Shown piece after piece: positions 1 to 12,336 of a stretch of DNA of 64,000 bases. The DNA comes from Phallusia mammillata (taxonomy: Eukaryota), in assembly GCA_965637545.1 (NCBI GenBank), contig OZ281501.1, forward strand, positions 18,600,001 to 18,664,000, read 5' to 3'. How positions within the stretch are numbered: the stretch's first letter is position 1; each line of letters starts with the position of its first letter. Under the pieces are notes generated by a model. It was given only the letters and a program-made list of their open reading frames with translations. It had not been told where the DNA came from and did not search any database. Position numbers and translations under genes: made by a program.

Positions 1-11
1 ATTGTATATAT

Positions 12-227
12 CAGTGGTTCTCAAACTTTTTTATTGTCGGTGCCAAATGGTATTTTTTAAGTGTGTAGGGAGCCGCAAAAAAATGAAACCTTGCGAAAAT
101 CACTAAAGAAGATGACTTTGAAAGCTAAAATAGCAATGTTTGGTGGTTTTCTGAGGTCTGGTGCGAGCCGCAAAATAAGTAGTTGGGAGCCGGGTGCGGC
201 CCCGAAAACCGAGTTTGAGAACCACTG
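12..227. mobile_element. hAT (Charlie/Buster-type) MITE
   Basis: Terminal inverted repeats CAGTGGTTCTCAAACT (12) and AGTTTGAGAACCACTG (ending 227); flanks GTATATAT / GTGTATAT form a 7/8 matching 8-bp TSD with central TA. Confidence 0.85.
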
Positions 228-1172
228 GTGTATATTGTTGTGTATAGTGTAACTTGCTTACATACCTTCAAAATGCAAAATTTTGTTCAATTGTACATGC
301 TTTTTCATTACTTCAGAGGTGTATTATAAAAAACTCCAAGTCAAAGCAAATGGTTTGAAACTAATCCAGAATGCACTTCAATGCAATATTGTGTTTAGTT
401 TGATTTGTTTTTGTGAATTTCCTAAATCAAAAAAAAGAGAAAAAAAAAGAAAACGACCTGACAATGATTTTAAAAATAGTATCCGGTGGTTGTGAGGTAA
501 ATTTGTCAAACTCGATCCCAAAAAGTTTATTTGAATGCAACTTGCATTATCTTTGTAAAACCTGCGGTATTTGTGATAAGTATGGTTAGATCTGTTGTGT
601 GGTGAAGCAGCAAACACTTGTAAAAGTTGAAGAGCAATCAGTGAGCTAAGTTTCAGATGAAGAGCTCTCGCACCAGTCACAAAACAATGCCACTTGAAAT
701 TTATTGCGGGTCTGTATCAGTTTTTCAACCCTTGAAATATCAAGCGGACCGACACAGTGCAAACATTGTAGTACAGAAGTGTAGAGAAACTTTCAAACTA
801 CTTGCAGAAGCCTTTTTGGGAATGTTTTTGTGACAGAACTGTACATTTGAATAAATAAAACCATTATGAGTTAGAGGTAGGTTATAAATTAACTTTTTTA
901 TGCAGCATCTACTTGCTAACCAAGGTTTAAGGATATATATGTAGTTTGGATAAAAATGACAGTGGCAGAAAAAACTGACTAAAACTGTTTAATGAAAGAT
1001 TTTGATCTAAACAATATACTAAAGGTATATCAGCAGATATGACAAGTTAGGTAAAAGATTTCTGCTTCTGGTAAATTTAGTTTTATATTCTTACATAAAG
1101 AATAATTGCTTCTGTAGTTTAGGATATGGTAAAAATTCCTGAGTGTTTGTTATTGATTTGAGGGTTGCGTAA

Positions 1173-4100
1173 ATGGCACCTTGTATACAACTGCATAGAT
1201 TTTTAGCTTTGCAAGACAAGGAAAGGACAAATATTTTTACATTTCTTGTTGAAAATCCACAAGAAATATCCAGTTTTGATGTTCGTTCAAGAGAATTTCA
1301 GTTTGCTGGCCACCGCTGGTATGTTTATACTGGAAAACCAAACAACGAATACTTCAGGTAAGATCTCTATACGCATGTAATATCTTACTGGTTACTAAAC
1401 ATTGGTTACATAAGTTTTGCTGTATGTATCATTTAAAAACTATTTGACCATGAAATTAAACAAATTTAATGTAGTACTTAATAACTGAGTTTTTGAAAAC
1501 GGGTTGATTGCACAAATGGTATTTAAAACAATTTTATTGATGTTTTATGTTATACATAAAGACTGTTCTTTGGCATTACCTAAATTGACTAATTTTGTAT
1601 TATGGTAAGACTTTCTTTTGCCACATCCACTAGTCAAATAGATGTTTTAATGATTTTAAAACCTGTTATGTTTCTAGCTTCTATTTGAGAATTGTAAACC
1701 TTGGCAAAGAAGTTCGTGTGACAACTGTGTATTCGTTCAATGTCGTGAATCTTGTGAACTACCAGAACAACTACACATATCACAGTCCTCCTGCTGGCAG
1801 GGTTTTCTCTCGAGATGATGACGCGTTGTCGTGGGGATGGAAAGAGTTCATCCGTAGAGAGGTAACACCACTAGGAGGCGCTGTTTATAAATCACACAAT
1901 TTTGTGGCTAAAACTTGGCCGAATGACCCTGGGCGCCTTACCCATGTACAGACACAAAAAACCTGATCGGGATTCATCCTGAGTCGAAACCCGAAAAAGT
2001 TCCTAAATAGCATAATGACCAAGACAAGTAACAAGAAACATACATTTTTTGATAGTATGGTTTGAGTACATATATTTTGGTTAGTTGCATTACAAAGTCT
2101 TGTTAAAAAATTGCAGAAATTGTGTTTATTATGCAGTGTTACAATTATTCGAAACAAAATTCTGTAAAAGGCATAAAATGTTTACACCAGCAACCATAAA
2201 TAATAATGTTTAACTTTGCATTTTTTATTAAATGCCAGAAAATTTGCTTTCAGACTCTGTTAAAACCAAATGGTGGGTTTCTATTTGATGGGAACAAGGT
2301 TTTGGTTGAGTTGGAATGTAAGTCTTATAAAACTGTATTTGAGGAACCGATTCAACTGCCAAAGATTACACAAGAAAACCCGTTTCCTATGATCCACACT
2401 TCCCCATTCAGTGTTGGTGGATTTGCATGGCAGGTGATTTAAATTTGCTAAAAAATGATTTAAAACCAACTAACTCAAATTTAAAACCAGCGTTCTTGCA
2501 CAAATAGAAGTGGAAACAAATCCACATAGAATCAAAGTTTTTATGTGATCAAATGTTATCAGTAAATTTTCCAAAACTGCTTGAAGCAAGGTTACATAGT
2601 CTGAGGTTTAGTTTAAGTGTGTCCAAGTTTTTCTATAATACAATTTCGTTTGGTGTTTTAAATATGTCTTTGGCATGCTGCTACTAAAGGGTATATATAT
2701 TTTACTGGGTTTTAAGGACAATTTTGGACAACAGGAGTTAAAGGTTTATCAAAAACGACTCCAACTGTAAATCAGACTCTGCAACCCTGGGTTAAAGTTT
2801 GCTAACAAACAAACCAAATTGGACAAATGAGGATTTTCTGGCTTTTGACATGACAAAATAATTTTTGTTTTAGATAAGAATATTTCCTGATGGGCCAGAT
2901 GAAGACAATAAAGGGAATGTTGCTTTATTTCTGCATTGCACAACATCAAATCATTTGGCAAAAGTCAAAGCAAGATTTCTGATTGAAGGACAGGTGAGTG
3001 GGTTAATGTAAAAATTAAATCTAAGCAAAATAAAATCCCCATTGAAGTCCCCTAATGGAATAGACTGTGTTCATAAATTTATGTTTTGTATTACATTAAA
3101 AGCCCTAGAAACGATCGCTTGTGTTTCAGTCAGTTATAAGACCCAAGTATAACAGACAAGTTTGTTCCATGACATGCCAGTTTATTACAGTGTTTTCTGA
3201 ATCTTTAATTTGTCAAGAAAATATTGTATTTGCTGCATATTCCCGTTATTTGCATTAAAAGCATGACAAGTTGCATATGCAAATAACCAGATTTGTCTTT
3301 ACAAATTCTTGTCCATATTTTTCAGCAATCACCTGCTGTGTATGAACATACTTTTCCTCCCAACAGCATCAGTGAAATGCCAAGTGGCGTCGCTTTCCCC
3401 AATAAAGGAGATTTCATGAATTCACTGAAGGAAAATAAACTGAGAGTGGGAATTGAATTCATGACAGTCATGGAGGTATTTAATGCTTTCCACAAGGTGT
3501 ATGAGAACAAAAATATTGTTAAAAGTTACAAAAACAAACTATAGAACTAAATTGTCTTTAAATTAGCATGAAACTATTTTGTATATTTGAAACCTTTTTT
3601 TAATTACTTTTTTTAGTTTAGTTACTTTTAAGGTCTGTGTCATGTGTTTCTAAGCTATTAACTCTTGTTAGGTAAACGAGGTCCATGTTACACTCTCAGA
3701 GCCCAACATGTACCCAACTGTTTGTGTAACTCCATTCGAAGACATCAACGGCTGTCCGTGGGTGCTGAAAACCCTACAAGCCACAAAACTTAAGTTAAAA
3801 ATGGATCAAAACGAGAAAACTACAAGTGGATTGATGGAATTTTACCACAGACACATTATGTGGAATGCTACACTTGTATCACCAGGATCAGAAGATGTTT
3901 CATTAAACGTTCCTCTCAACACCAAAGGGCCGTTGATTGGTTATTTTGGTGAAAACTGGTCGGACGCTGATGTTATAAAGTCAGATTTGGCTGTTGAAGA
4001 CCTTGCTGTCACTGACAACCCATACAGGACCGATGTAGATGACGGATATGACAGGTTTGTACTGTACTTGTTGTTTAACATACACTGTGCTTTCATAGTC

Positions 4101-7100
4101 AAGTATTGTGGGTTTGACAGAGTATAAGTTTGATTTGCTTGTCAACTTTTCAAAAGTGACTTTTTCCATATTTGGAGACCATTCTAATTGTTTTTCATGC
4201 AAAATTGTATAGATTTTTTCAATTAAAAAAGCGACACCCTCTTCTGCATGTAATCTAGCTTGCTTGTCAGGCCTTGATTAAAATTGTGACAACATTGCAA
4301 ATAAGTGTGGTTGAGAGCCGGATTAAACCCTTTACCGTCTCTAAGCACGAAGCCTAAATCCCCTTAAGTGTCAAATTCAGTGTAGGCTTATGTCTGGAGA
4401 TAAAACAGCTGGTTGATAATTACTTTGCCTAATTGGTAATCCAGCCCTTGTGTATGAACTTGCAGTACTCCAAGCATACTGTGGTCAAGAAGCATATGAA
4501 TTTAAAAAAATACTGTGAAGCATTAAGAGTCTCTAGTATAAAATGTATGTTGAACTTTTGCATGTATCTAGGTGTTGCAAGTGTACAAAGAGTTGTTTTT
4601 TTTAACAGGTATTCTTATGTGTCTATACATGTTGAAATTGTGTCGAACCACTTACTTTATAAAACACCAGCTCCATCTCCAACTGGTGACAGAGAAAGAA
4701 AGCTTCTTTACAATGCAAGGTAGAGAACAAATTCTAAAACATAGGGTTAAGTGAGCTCATATAGGTGGTACAACAATCTTATGTTGCAAGAAAGTTTAAA
4801 CCTTGTCTTTTTATTAAGTTTGTCATTGTTAAACGATTTTATCAAACAGCAAGAATATTAAAAAAATGGGTTATGGAAAAAAAGGGAATTATCCATTTAT
4901 TTAAAAAAAATTGTAAACATTGAAAAAAATGTAAGGTGAAGTACTGTAAACTGGTTTAAATTACTTTTAGAGTACAAAAATTGTGTTGTACATAAAAAGC
5001 AATAGTTCTGCTCATAATAAATTTTATAATTGGTTCACCTAATGCAGTGGTTCCCAAACTTTATCTACTCGCGTACCATTTTTTTGGTTCATGCAGCGTT
5101 CTCGTACCACCTACAATCATGTTAGAATTTAATGAATAAAAATGTTACTAAACTTTACTAACTAACTTTACCTTAGTAACTTTGGCCTTCAGTAACCAAA
5201 GTCTCGTAAATATTAAACAAAACTTAGTCAAACTTTTACCGCCCTCGCTACAGTGCTACTGTCAACACAACTAGTAGCTTATTACAAAAACTGACTTTAA
5301 GGACTTATTACGTCGTAATAACAGATTCATTACGTCATAATAAATCTATTTCGTCACAAAGAAACCTTGCTTAACAGTTCAATGCGGCAATACACCAATG
5401 AATTAGAATTTAGTAGGAAATATAGTGTGAAATTTCACGCTCTACGTAATTTGTGTGAATTAAAACTTGTGTGAAATAAAGATCGCTTTGTGTGAACTTA
5501 ATAAGTTGCTTGCGTACCACCTTGGAGACCTTCGCGTACCACTAGTGGTACGCGTACCATAGTTTGGGAACCACTGACCTAATGTAAAGGTGGTTGTCGA
5601 ATTTATGTCATTTTTACAATTAACCCCAGTTTTCTGACCATCGGCAATTCATGTAATTTACTTCCAGGAAGGACAGAGCCCACGTGCACAGCAAATATCA
5701 GGATCTTTTAAGACAAAAAGCAACTCTTGAAAATAAATGTGAAAATTTGACACGAGAAAGAACCAGATTAATTGGAAACGACGGCGACACAGATGCAGAT
5801 TCTCTGATTCAAATTGTCCCAGATTATTCAAAGTTCCTGTTTGATGTACTGAGCGATCTTGCATTGTGTGGAACAACAAAAGGTAGTGATTTAATGTGGA
5901 GGACCACTTGAAACTTGTAGTGAACAAATAAAGTACTTGAAAACAGCTGTTAACTTGTTACCGATCAATAACAGATACACTTCTCAACACTTTTATCGCT
6001 TGGGCAAATGTGAGAATTATTCAATAATAATAACTAGGTTCCAAATTAACAATTTTAAATTAAATTAAGGACAATTATTGTAAAATGTGGGCGGTTGAAT
6101 ACTAAAAATTTGTTTCTACTTGTTTTTTTTTTACTCATAGAAATTATGTCTGCCTGTGTCTTGTGTACAAACTAAGCCAAATTGTTACAAGTTATTCCAC
6201 TTTTTTCTGTGTACCTTAGCTTTAAAAGCTTTAACGTTTCATGTCGCACCATACCAATCAAACTTTACAAACAAAATTATATTTAAAGTAGCATAAAAGC
6301 TAACTAAGCCAAATGGTAACAACTTATTGTAATTTATAGGTAAAAGTGTTGAGAGCAGATCAGGCAGAGCTTTCCTGGTTAAACCTCAACCACCAGAAGC
6401 TGAACGGATGAGCCGGTTTTCAGCTTATAGAGAAAATTTCAGCCTGTAAGTAGTGAACCCCTAACAAGTGTATGCATGTACAGACACATCCTGCAATTTG
6501 CCCACTTTGTATGCAATTAACCAGATTATTTGATTAACTCAGTAGTTCCATACTGGGGAAGGGTTTTTAAACTTGAGGGGAGGAATTTACTTTAAATATG
6601 TATATCTGGTATGTAAATAAACACTCAAACTCTGGAAATATAACCTGTGAAGTGAAGTTGATAAAATAACCAACTTTATGGTTTAGTATCCACTATGTAG
6701 TATATTAGGGAGGAATGAAAATGTTTTCAATTGTTGAAAAATGTTCCACTGGATTGACTAAATGACTCGTAACATTTCATTACAGTTGGCTTTAACAATC
6801 TTTATGCAATTAAATGGATTATGTGATTAACCAGATATGTCTGTGTAATGTAGATTAGATATTTTTAACAAGATCCTGTTTTTTTAGGTTGGTTTCTGAT
6901 GCCAGACCTGACCCAGCAGAACTAGCAGCAACATGCAAACAAGTGGAAAATTTCAAAACTATTCTGATGCAATTTATTCAAGCCAAGACTGCTTTGAGAC
7001 TAACAGACATAATAACATCAGGTAAACAAGCACAATATGTGTGTTCTCAAAGTTTTTGAATAAGTTTGATTTGGTGCATTATCTATGGACAAATGTATTT

Positions 7101-8783
7101 TATAAATTAAAAATGTAAAAATGTAAAGTGCTAAATTCGTATCGAAGACATAAAATCAGGAAACAGCTACAAAAACCTCATGGTTAAAAATACACTAAAC
7201 TAATCCTAAAATTATGGACCTTCTTCTGCTAATTCTTCTTGCTTGATATTATGTGAACATTATAATTTCATCACCAGGTTCTTTGGGGACGAACACAACA
7301 TGTAGCAATCGTTGGGACGTTGATTTGGTTCTTCTGAGTGCCGACATTCCACGTAATGGTCATGCAACGTGGATGCCTTCGTTTATTGTGGCGTTGGCCA
7401 GAATGTTAGAGGAAGGAAGTTTAGATGGAAAACTTCCAGGGACATCAAACTTTACCTACACGTAAGATGGAAAAAAATCGTTATGGTCAAGCTTGTAATT
7501 TAAAATGTAATTTATATCCTGCTGGTTATTTCAATTATTTTTTTTACAGGACATACAGTGTGCAATTTGACTTTAAAAGCAAGGTTGAAATAGATTTGTA
7601 TCCTGTGTATGACTGGCCCAATGAGGAAGGTTATGAAGCATTGTATGATGAGTTGCTACGGCAACGTACATCTGAGAATCTGTCGTGGTTTTGTCCTGCA
7701 GCTGCAGAAAGACAAAAAACATTCATTGAGGAACAGCCAGACCAGGTATATGACCTTTTTGGCATTTTGCATGAGTTATGACAAGGCATATTGTAGTGGT
7801 CATAATGCCAGTAAATACGGAAATATTTGTGTCTATGATAAGTTAAAAATCGACATGTATGCCTTTGCCAAGATTTTGTTTCAAAATAAAAATGTTGCTA
7901 AATATATACTGCTCTAAATAAGTGAACTAAATCTAGTATATTAGTTTTTAAGCATTTCCTCATTGTAATACTTTTGTCTTGTATCTTATGATATTTATTT
8001 CAGGTTAAAGACTTGATGAAGGTGATTAAATTTTGGAGGAATTCTGCCGATTGGAACGAGAAGCGTTGGAGGCCATCTTCATATTTGCTTTGTTTGCTTC
8101 TAATCCGTGCATATGAAAATGCTTGTCATGTTATCGAGGGCAGTTTGCCCAGCAATCGAACGGTTCTGAAATGCTTTGTAAAACTTGTTCTGTCCACTGG
8201 AAATGCCAGGTAACATGTTGAATCTGCATGTTTTTCTAGTTCTCATTTACAATGTTATTTACTCGACATGACCCTACAATGGCAGGCCTATTGTTTTGTC
8301 AAGGATTACTGAGATAGGAAGTAGAAATATCTCTGCATTGAATGTCCACATTTATTGCACTTTTTAATTCCCTTTATATAAACTTATTGCATTTTAACCC
8401 AATGCTTAAGTAGAAAAAAAATGTGCATTTGTCCAAAATTGTTGCCCACCTGCGTTTAGAACTTTAGATGGTCTTTGCAAATATCTCATGTTTTACTAGT
8501 TTTTAAACTATAAAAACTAATTGACATTGCTTGTTGCAGACCTGCACCAATGAGAATCTCATGGGCTCGCTTTTATGATCCAAAAGATTACAATATTGAG
8601 TACAGTAGTAGTTCGAACACTGAGTGCCCACCAATTGTGCAAGACCCAGCTAATCCCGCAAACAATGTAGCAGAGAGACCAGTGTCATGGCTACCATTCA
8701 GACAACTGCTTGAAACTTGGGCACATGCACTGGGCATGATGGAAGAAGGAACATTACTACCTATTGAATCCAGTCGACGTTAA
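1173..8783 (+). CDS. MATH(x3)-coiled coil-OAS-like nucleotidyltransferase fusion protein, ~865 aa, 14 exons
   Basis: Exons 1173-1357, 1678-1861, 2254-2433, 2874-2993, 3326-3475 (alternative in-frame donor at 3496), 3672-4054, 4609-4719, 5668-5882, 6340-6445, 6888-7021, 7278-7461, 7550-7745, 8004-8209, 8540-8783; all GT-AG and phase-consistent, 2598 nt in total. MATH signatures: FQFAGHRWYVY..YFSFYLRIV..FNVVN..SWGWKEFIRRE..GGFLFDGNKVLVELEC; SPFSVGGFAWQIRIFPDG..GNVALFL; a degenerate third copy (TPFEDINGCPWVL..YVSIHVEIV). OAS signatures: IITSGSLGTNT..DVDLVLL, VEIDLYPVYD, QKTFIEEQPDQVKDLMKVIKFW, PSSYLLCLL, IVQDPANPANNVA. Confidence 0.88.
5045..5576. mobile_element. hAT (Charlie/Buster-type) MITE in intron 7 of the MATH-OAS gene
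   Basis: TIRs CAGTGGTTCCCAAACT / AGTTTGGGAACCACTG; perfect 8-bp TSD ACCTAATG on both sides; subterminal CGCGTACCA repeats. Confidence 0.92.
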
Positions 8784-9157
8784 TTTGGGGAAAACTTTTT
8801 GATATAACATGTCTTCCACAAAGCATTTGCAATTTCTTTACCATTGAATTTTGTGACGTTAAATATTTTAGCTCGATGAATACTGCTTCCAACAACACTG
8901 TTTATATTGTTGTCACCAATTTAATAAATGCTTTTTTTCACTATTTGTGTGCAATTGTTTTCGTGTTTGTGAAATAAATGGGCATCAAAGTATTGAATGC
9001 ATTGAGTGCAGAAAACATTACTGTGTGTTTATTGGTGGTTTGATATTATTTTTGTTTTGTTTAGTTAAATGCAAATTAAAAATACTTGTTTATGTATTAT
9101 GTACACATTTACAGCTGATATCAATACATATCTAAGAAAAGTTGATTTGTGTTTTAG

Positions 9158-12064
9158 CTGACATGTGAAAACCATGATGACGGAGCAACCCCAGCAATTA
9201 TTCAGTGCAACGAATGTGGGAACTTGTGTTCAGAGTGTGATAGATACCTTCACTTGCATCGCAGAACACGATCGCATCAAAGACAGGTTTGGCTGATGTT
9301 ATTTGACTTTACTCACTAAAACTATGAGCAATGGCAACATGGTTATGACTTCACTCAAAAGAATTGTGTCATTTTTGTTTTCGTTGGTAATTTCCTGTCA
9401 CAAAGCTTGTTGTGTGCATGCAAGCCTGCCAAGCATATTCTGTATTTGTTGTAATCAAGAGAATTGACTTGGCAGATATTTAAAGAAGAAGAGGAGGCAA
9501 TTAGAGTGGATTTACATGAAGGCTGTGGAAGGATTAAGCTGTTTTGGTTTAAAGCTTTGGCAGATTCCAACACCTTAAAGGCAATGGTGGAATTTAAAGG
9601 CAGATCTACAGGTTTCTACAAATATAAACAACTAAACAAGTTTATCATGTGACATGCAGCTACCAGTTTCAATGCTTAATGTTGAAGGAATTAAAACATG
9701 ACATAATATCAAGAATGCTTGATAGCCTGATATTGTGGCTTGCATTTGAAGCAATTGCTCATAATTTAATTATAGAGGCAAATGGAATGTTTAGATGCTG
9801 TTTCTTAATCCACTAAGTTGTTGTGTTTCAGGTCAAATGCAACTGGTTGCAACCGATGCTTGTAGATTTTGTGGAAATGCATGTGACAACACTCAGTTGG
9901 TTTTAAGCAATGTCTGCAGTGATAAATCATGCCAGAAATATGCTACAGCTGTAAGTTTTGTAATGTTTGTACACTGAGCACACTAAAGTACGTAGAGAAC
10001 ACTAAATAATATGAAATGACCCTTGACAAACAACACATAAAATAAGGTTGAATGCCTTTCCTGGATTTTCACATTCCTCACTGGGGAAGAATACCTTACA
10101 GTCCTGGTACCAATACCAGCTAAAAAACAATGTTATAATTATTTTTTTGTTATGAAACAGGTTTGTGCAAAAACACACCCTTGTGGTCACCTCTGCGGTG
10201 GAGTCAAGGACGAAGAGACTTGTCTATTATGTCTTTACTCATCCTGTAATCCAGGATTGAATCAGGATGCTGACGATATGTGTATGGTTTGTTTTACCGA
10301 TGCATTGTCGGCTGCACCTGCAATTCAGGTAGGTCAAATTTAAAATTTTATTAATTATAAATATTCATTTCAGAGCAAAATTAGCCTATTGCAAAGGTTC
10401 TATCTCTTTCTCTAATTTACCCTTGGGCAGACTTTGAAGCAATTTTCTTTGAGTTCATTAACTTAACTAATCCAGCTTACTTTTTGGCTTATTGATATTT
10501 ACCACATCAAACTTTTCCTCAAGCATTATAATGTACCCTTTGTTAAGAATTACTGGGACCAACCCTAAAGTAGTGAAGTAGTCCAAAGTGTTATCACACC
10601 CATTTCATCAATCTCGGTGTTCTCCCACTTCAAATTCCACTGTAGACTTTTCAAACCCATTTACACACATAAAAGTTTGGATACCAACATAATTTGATAT
10701 CATGACCCTTACTGGCATGGCATAATCTATCAAACCTCTATTTTTGACACTTTTAAAATGTAAATGAACAAAAAAAATGATTTGAAATGCTTGCTTTTTT
10801 GCAGTTAAAATGTGGACACATATTCCATCATCACTGCTGCCAAACTCAGCTCCAGAAACAATGGGCTGGACCAAGAATCACGTTTGGCTTTCTACTTTGT
10901 TCTATTTGTAAGGTATGTGATTAAATTTCTAGAATGCTGTTCAACAAGTAAAAATTGTGCAGTATGCATGTAGACAATTTAAATTTATTCATGATAAAAA
11001 AATAGGTGAATGTCCTAATTAAATGTTTAAAAAGTTATGTTTGCGTACAAGTATTCGTTTGATATTCTTTGTGTAAAAATTCTAGAAAGAGTTTGACCAA
11101 ACCTTTTTTTAAGCAGGTGCAGTTGAAAAACAAATTAAGAACTTTGGAAAAGGATAAACAATATAATCTGATTGTTCTATTTGATTTTTTTTAGAATGAA
11201 ATTAGCCATCCTGCATTGGAGAGTGTTTTAAAACCATTACGAGAACTCATGCAAGAAGTTAAACGAAAAGCATTGCAAAGACTGGAGTATGAAGGTCTTA
11301 AAGAATGTGAATCAATTACCACTGTTGGAGGAAAATTCTACAAGGATCCAACAGGATTTGCTTTGAATAAATATGCTTACTACATGTGTTGCAACTGCAA
11401 TAAGGTATAAGGCTGATAAATGTGTATTTTAAAGGAAAGAAGTGATAATTATTCATGTTTATTAGGCCTATTATGGTGGAGAAGTAAGGTGTGATGCTGA
11501 AGCCGATGGAAATTTGTTTGATCCAAAAGAGCTAATTTGTGGTGCTTGCTCCGATGTATCCTGTGCGCAAATATGCCCTAAGCATGGGACAGACTTTTTG
11601 GAATATAAGGTAAAACAGTTATCCACTATTTTGGCTCAAGAGCATTTTTGGAAATTCGTATTTCAACTTCGTAAAAATATCTGTTTACCCATTTTGTTGG
11701 AGTCAAAAATTTTGAAACAAGTTTTTTAGGTTGCAAAGGTAAAGTATATGTTTTATATGGAACTTAAAAACAATTTTTTGAACCATATACAATGTTTTAA
11801 TCTATGTTGGTGTACTTTCAGTGCCGATATTGCTGCTCCGTAGCTGTATATTTTTGCTTTGGCACAACCCACTTCTGCCAACCTTGTCATGATGACTTCC
11901 AAAGGATAACTGGACTGCCCAAAAATGAACTACCACATTGTCCAGCTGGACACAAGGCAAGGCAGTTGGAAGGCAAAGAGTGTCCACTGCATGTTCAGCA
12001 TCCACCGACCGGGGAAGAATTTGCTTTAGGTTGTGGTGTTTGTCGAAATGCCCACACCTTTTGA
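9158..12064 (+). CDS. MYCBP2: MYCBP2/Highwire/RPM-1-like C-terminal module (B-box-like, RING-H2, tandem-cysteine RCR E3 domain), ~418 aa, 5' end not found
   Basis: Exons 9158-9286, 9476-9611, 9832-9950, 10161-10328, 10805-10912, 11195-11404, 11466-11609, 11822-12064; phases consistent. Translation [118 protein letters not shown] matches the human MYCBP2 C-terminus as I recall it. It begins at a splice acceptor with no in-frame ATG. Confidence 0.93.
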
Positions 12065-12336
12065 AATCAATGCTTAGCTCAGTTTGCTATTGAAGCAAAT
12101 ATTAAGAAACCTTTCTTCTGTTGTAAAGTTCATTTTTGTTGTCTAATGTTGTCTCAATGGTGTTAAACTGCTATGGCAACAATAAAATATAATTGAGGCC
12201 TGCATACACAAAGAATTGTCCCCAAATTTCTAGTTGTAAAGGACAAGAAATTCATGTACTGTACACATAAACAACCTGAAGTACACATAATATATAGATT
12301 TCATTGCAAAAAAAGATAAACAAAACGTAAAAAAAA

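Noticed and set aside
8947-9135. Cys-rich ORF (CNCFRVC..H..CIEC..HYC) resembling a B-box
   Set aside because: Non-ATG start, lies in probable 3' UTR/intron sequence, and has no compatible splice sites; likely chance.
8540-9158. Direct splicing of the OAS last exon into the MYCBP2 module to give a MATH-OAS-RCR fusion protein
   Set aside because: The E3 acceptor is phase 0; the GT sites after the OAS core are phase 1 and weak, and the alternative acceptor at 9114 hits in-frame stops. Not supported without RNA data.
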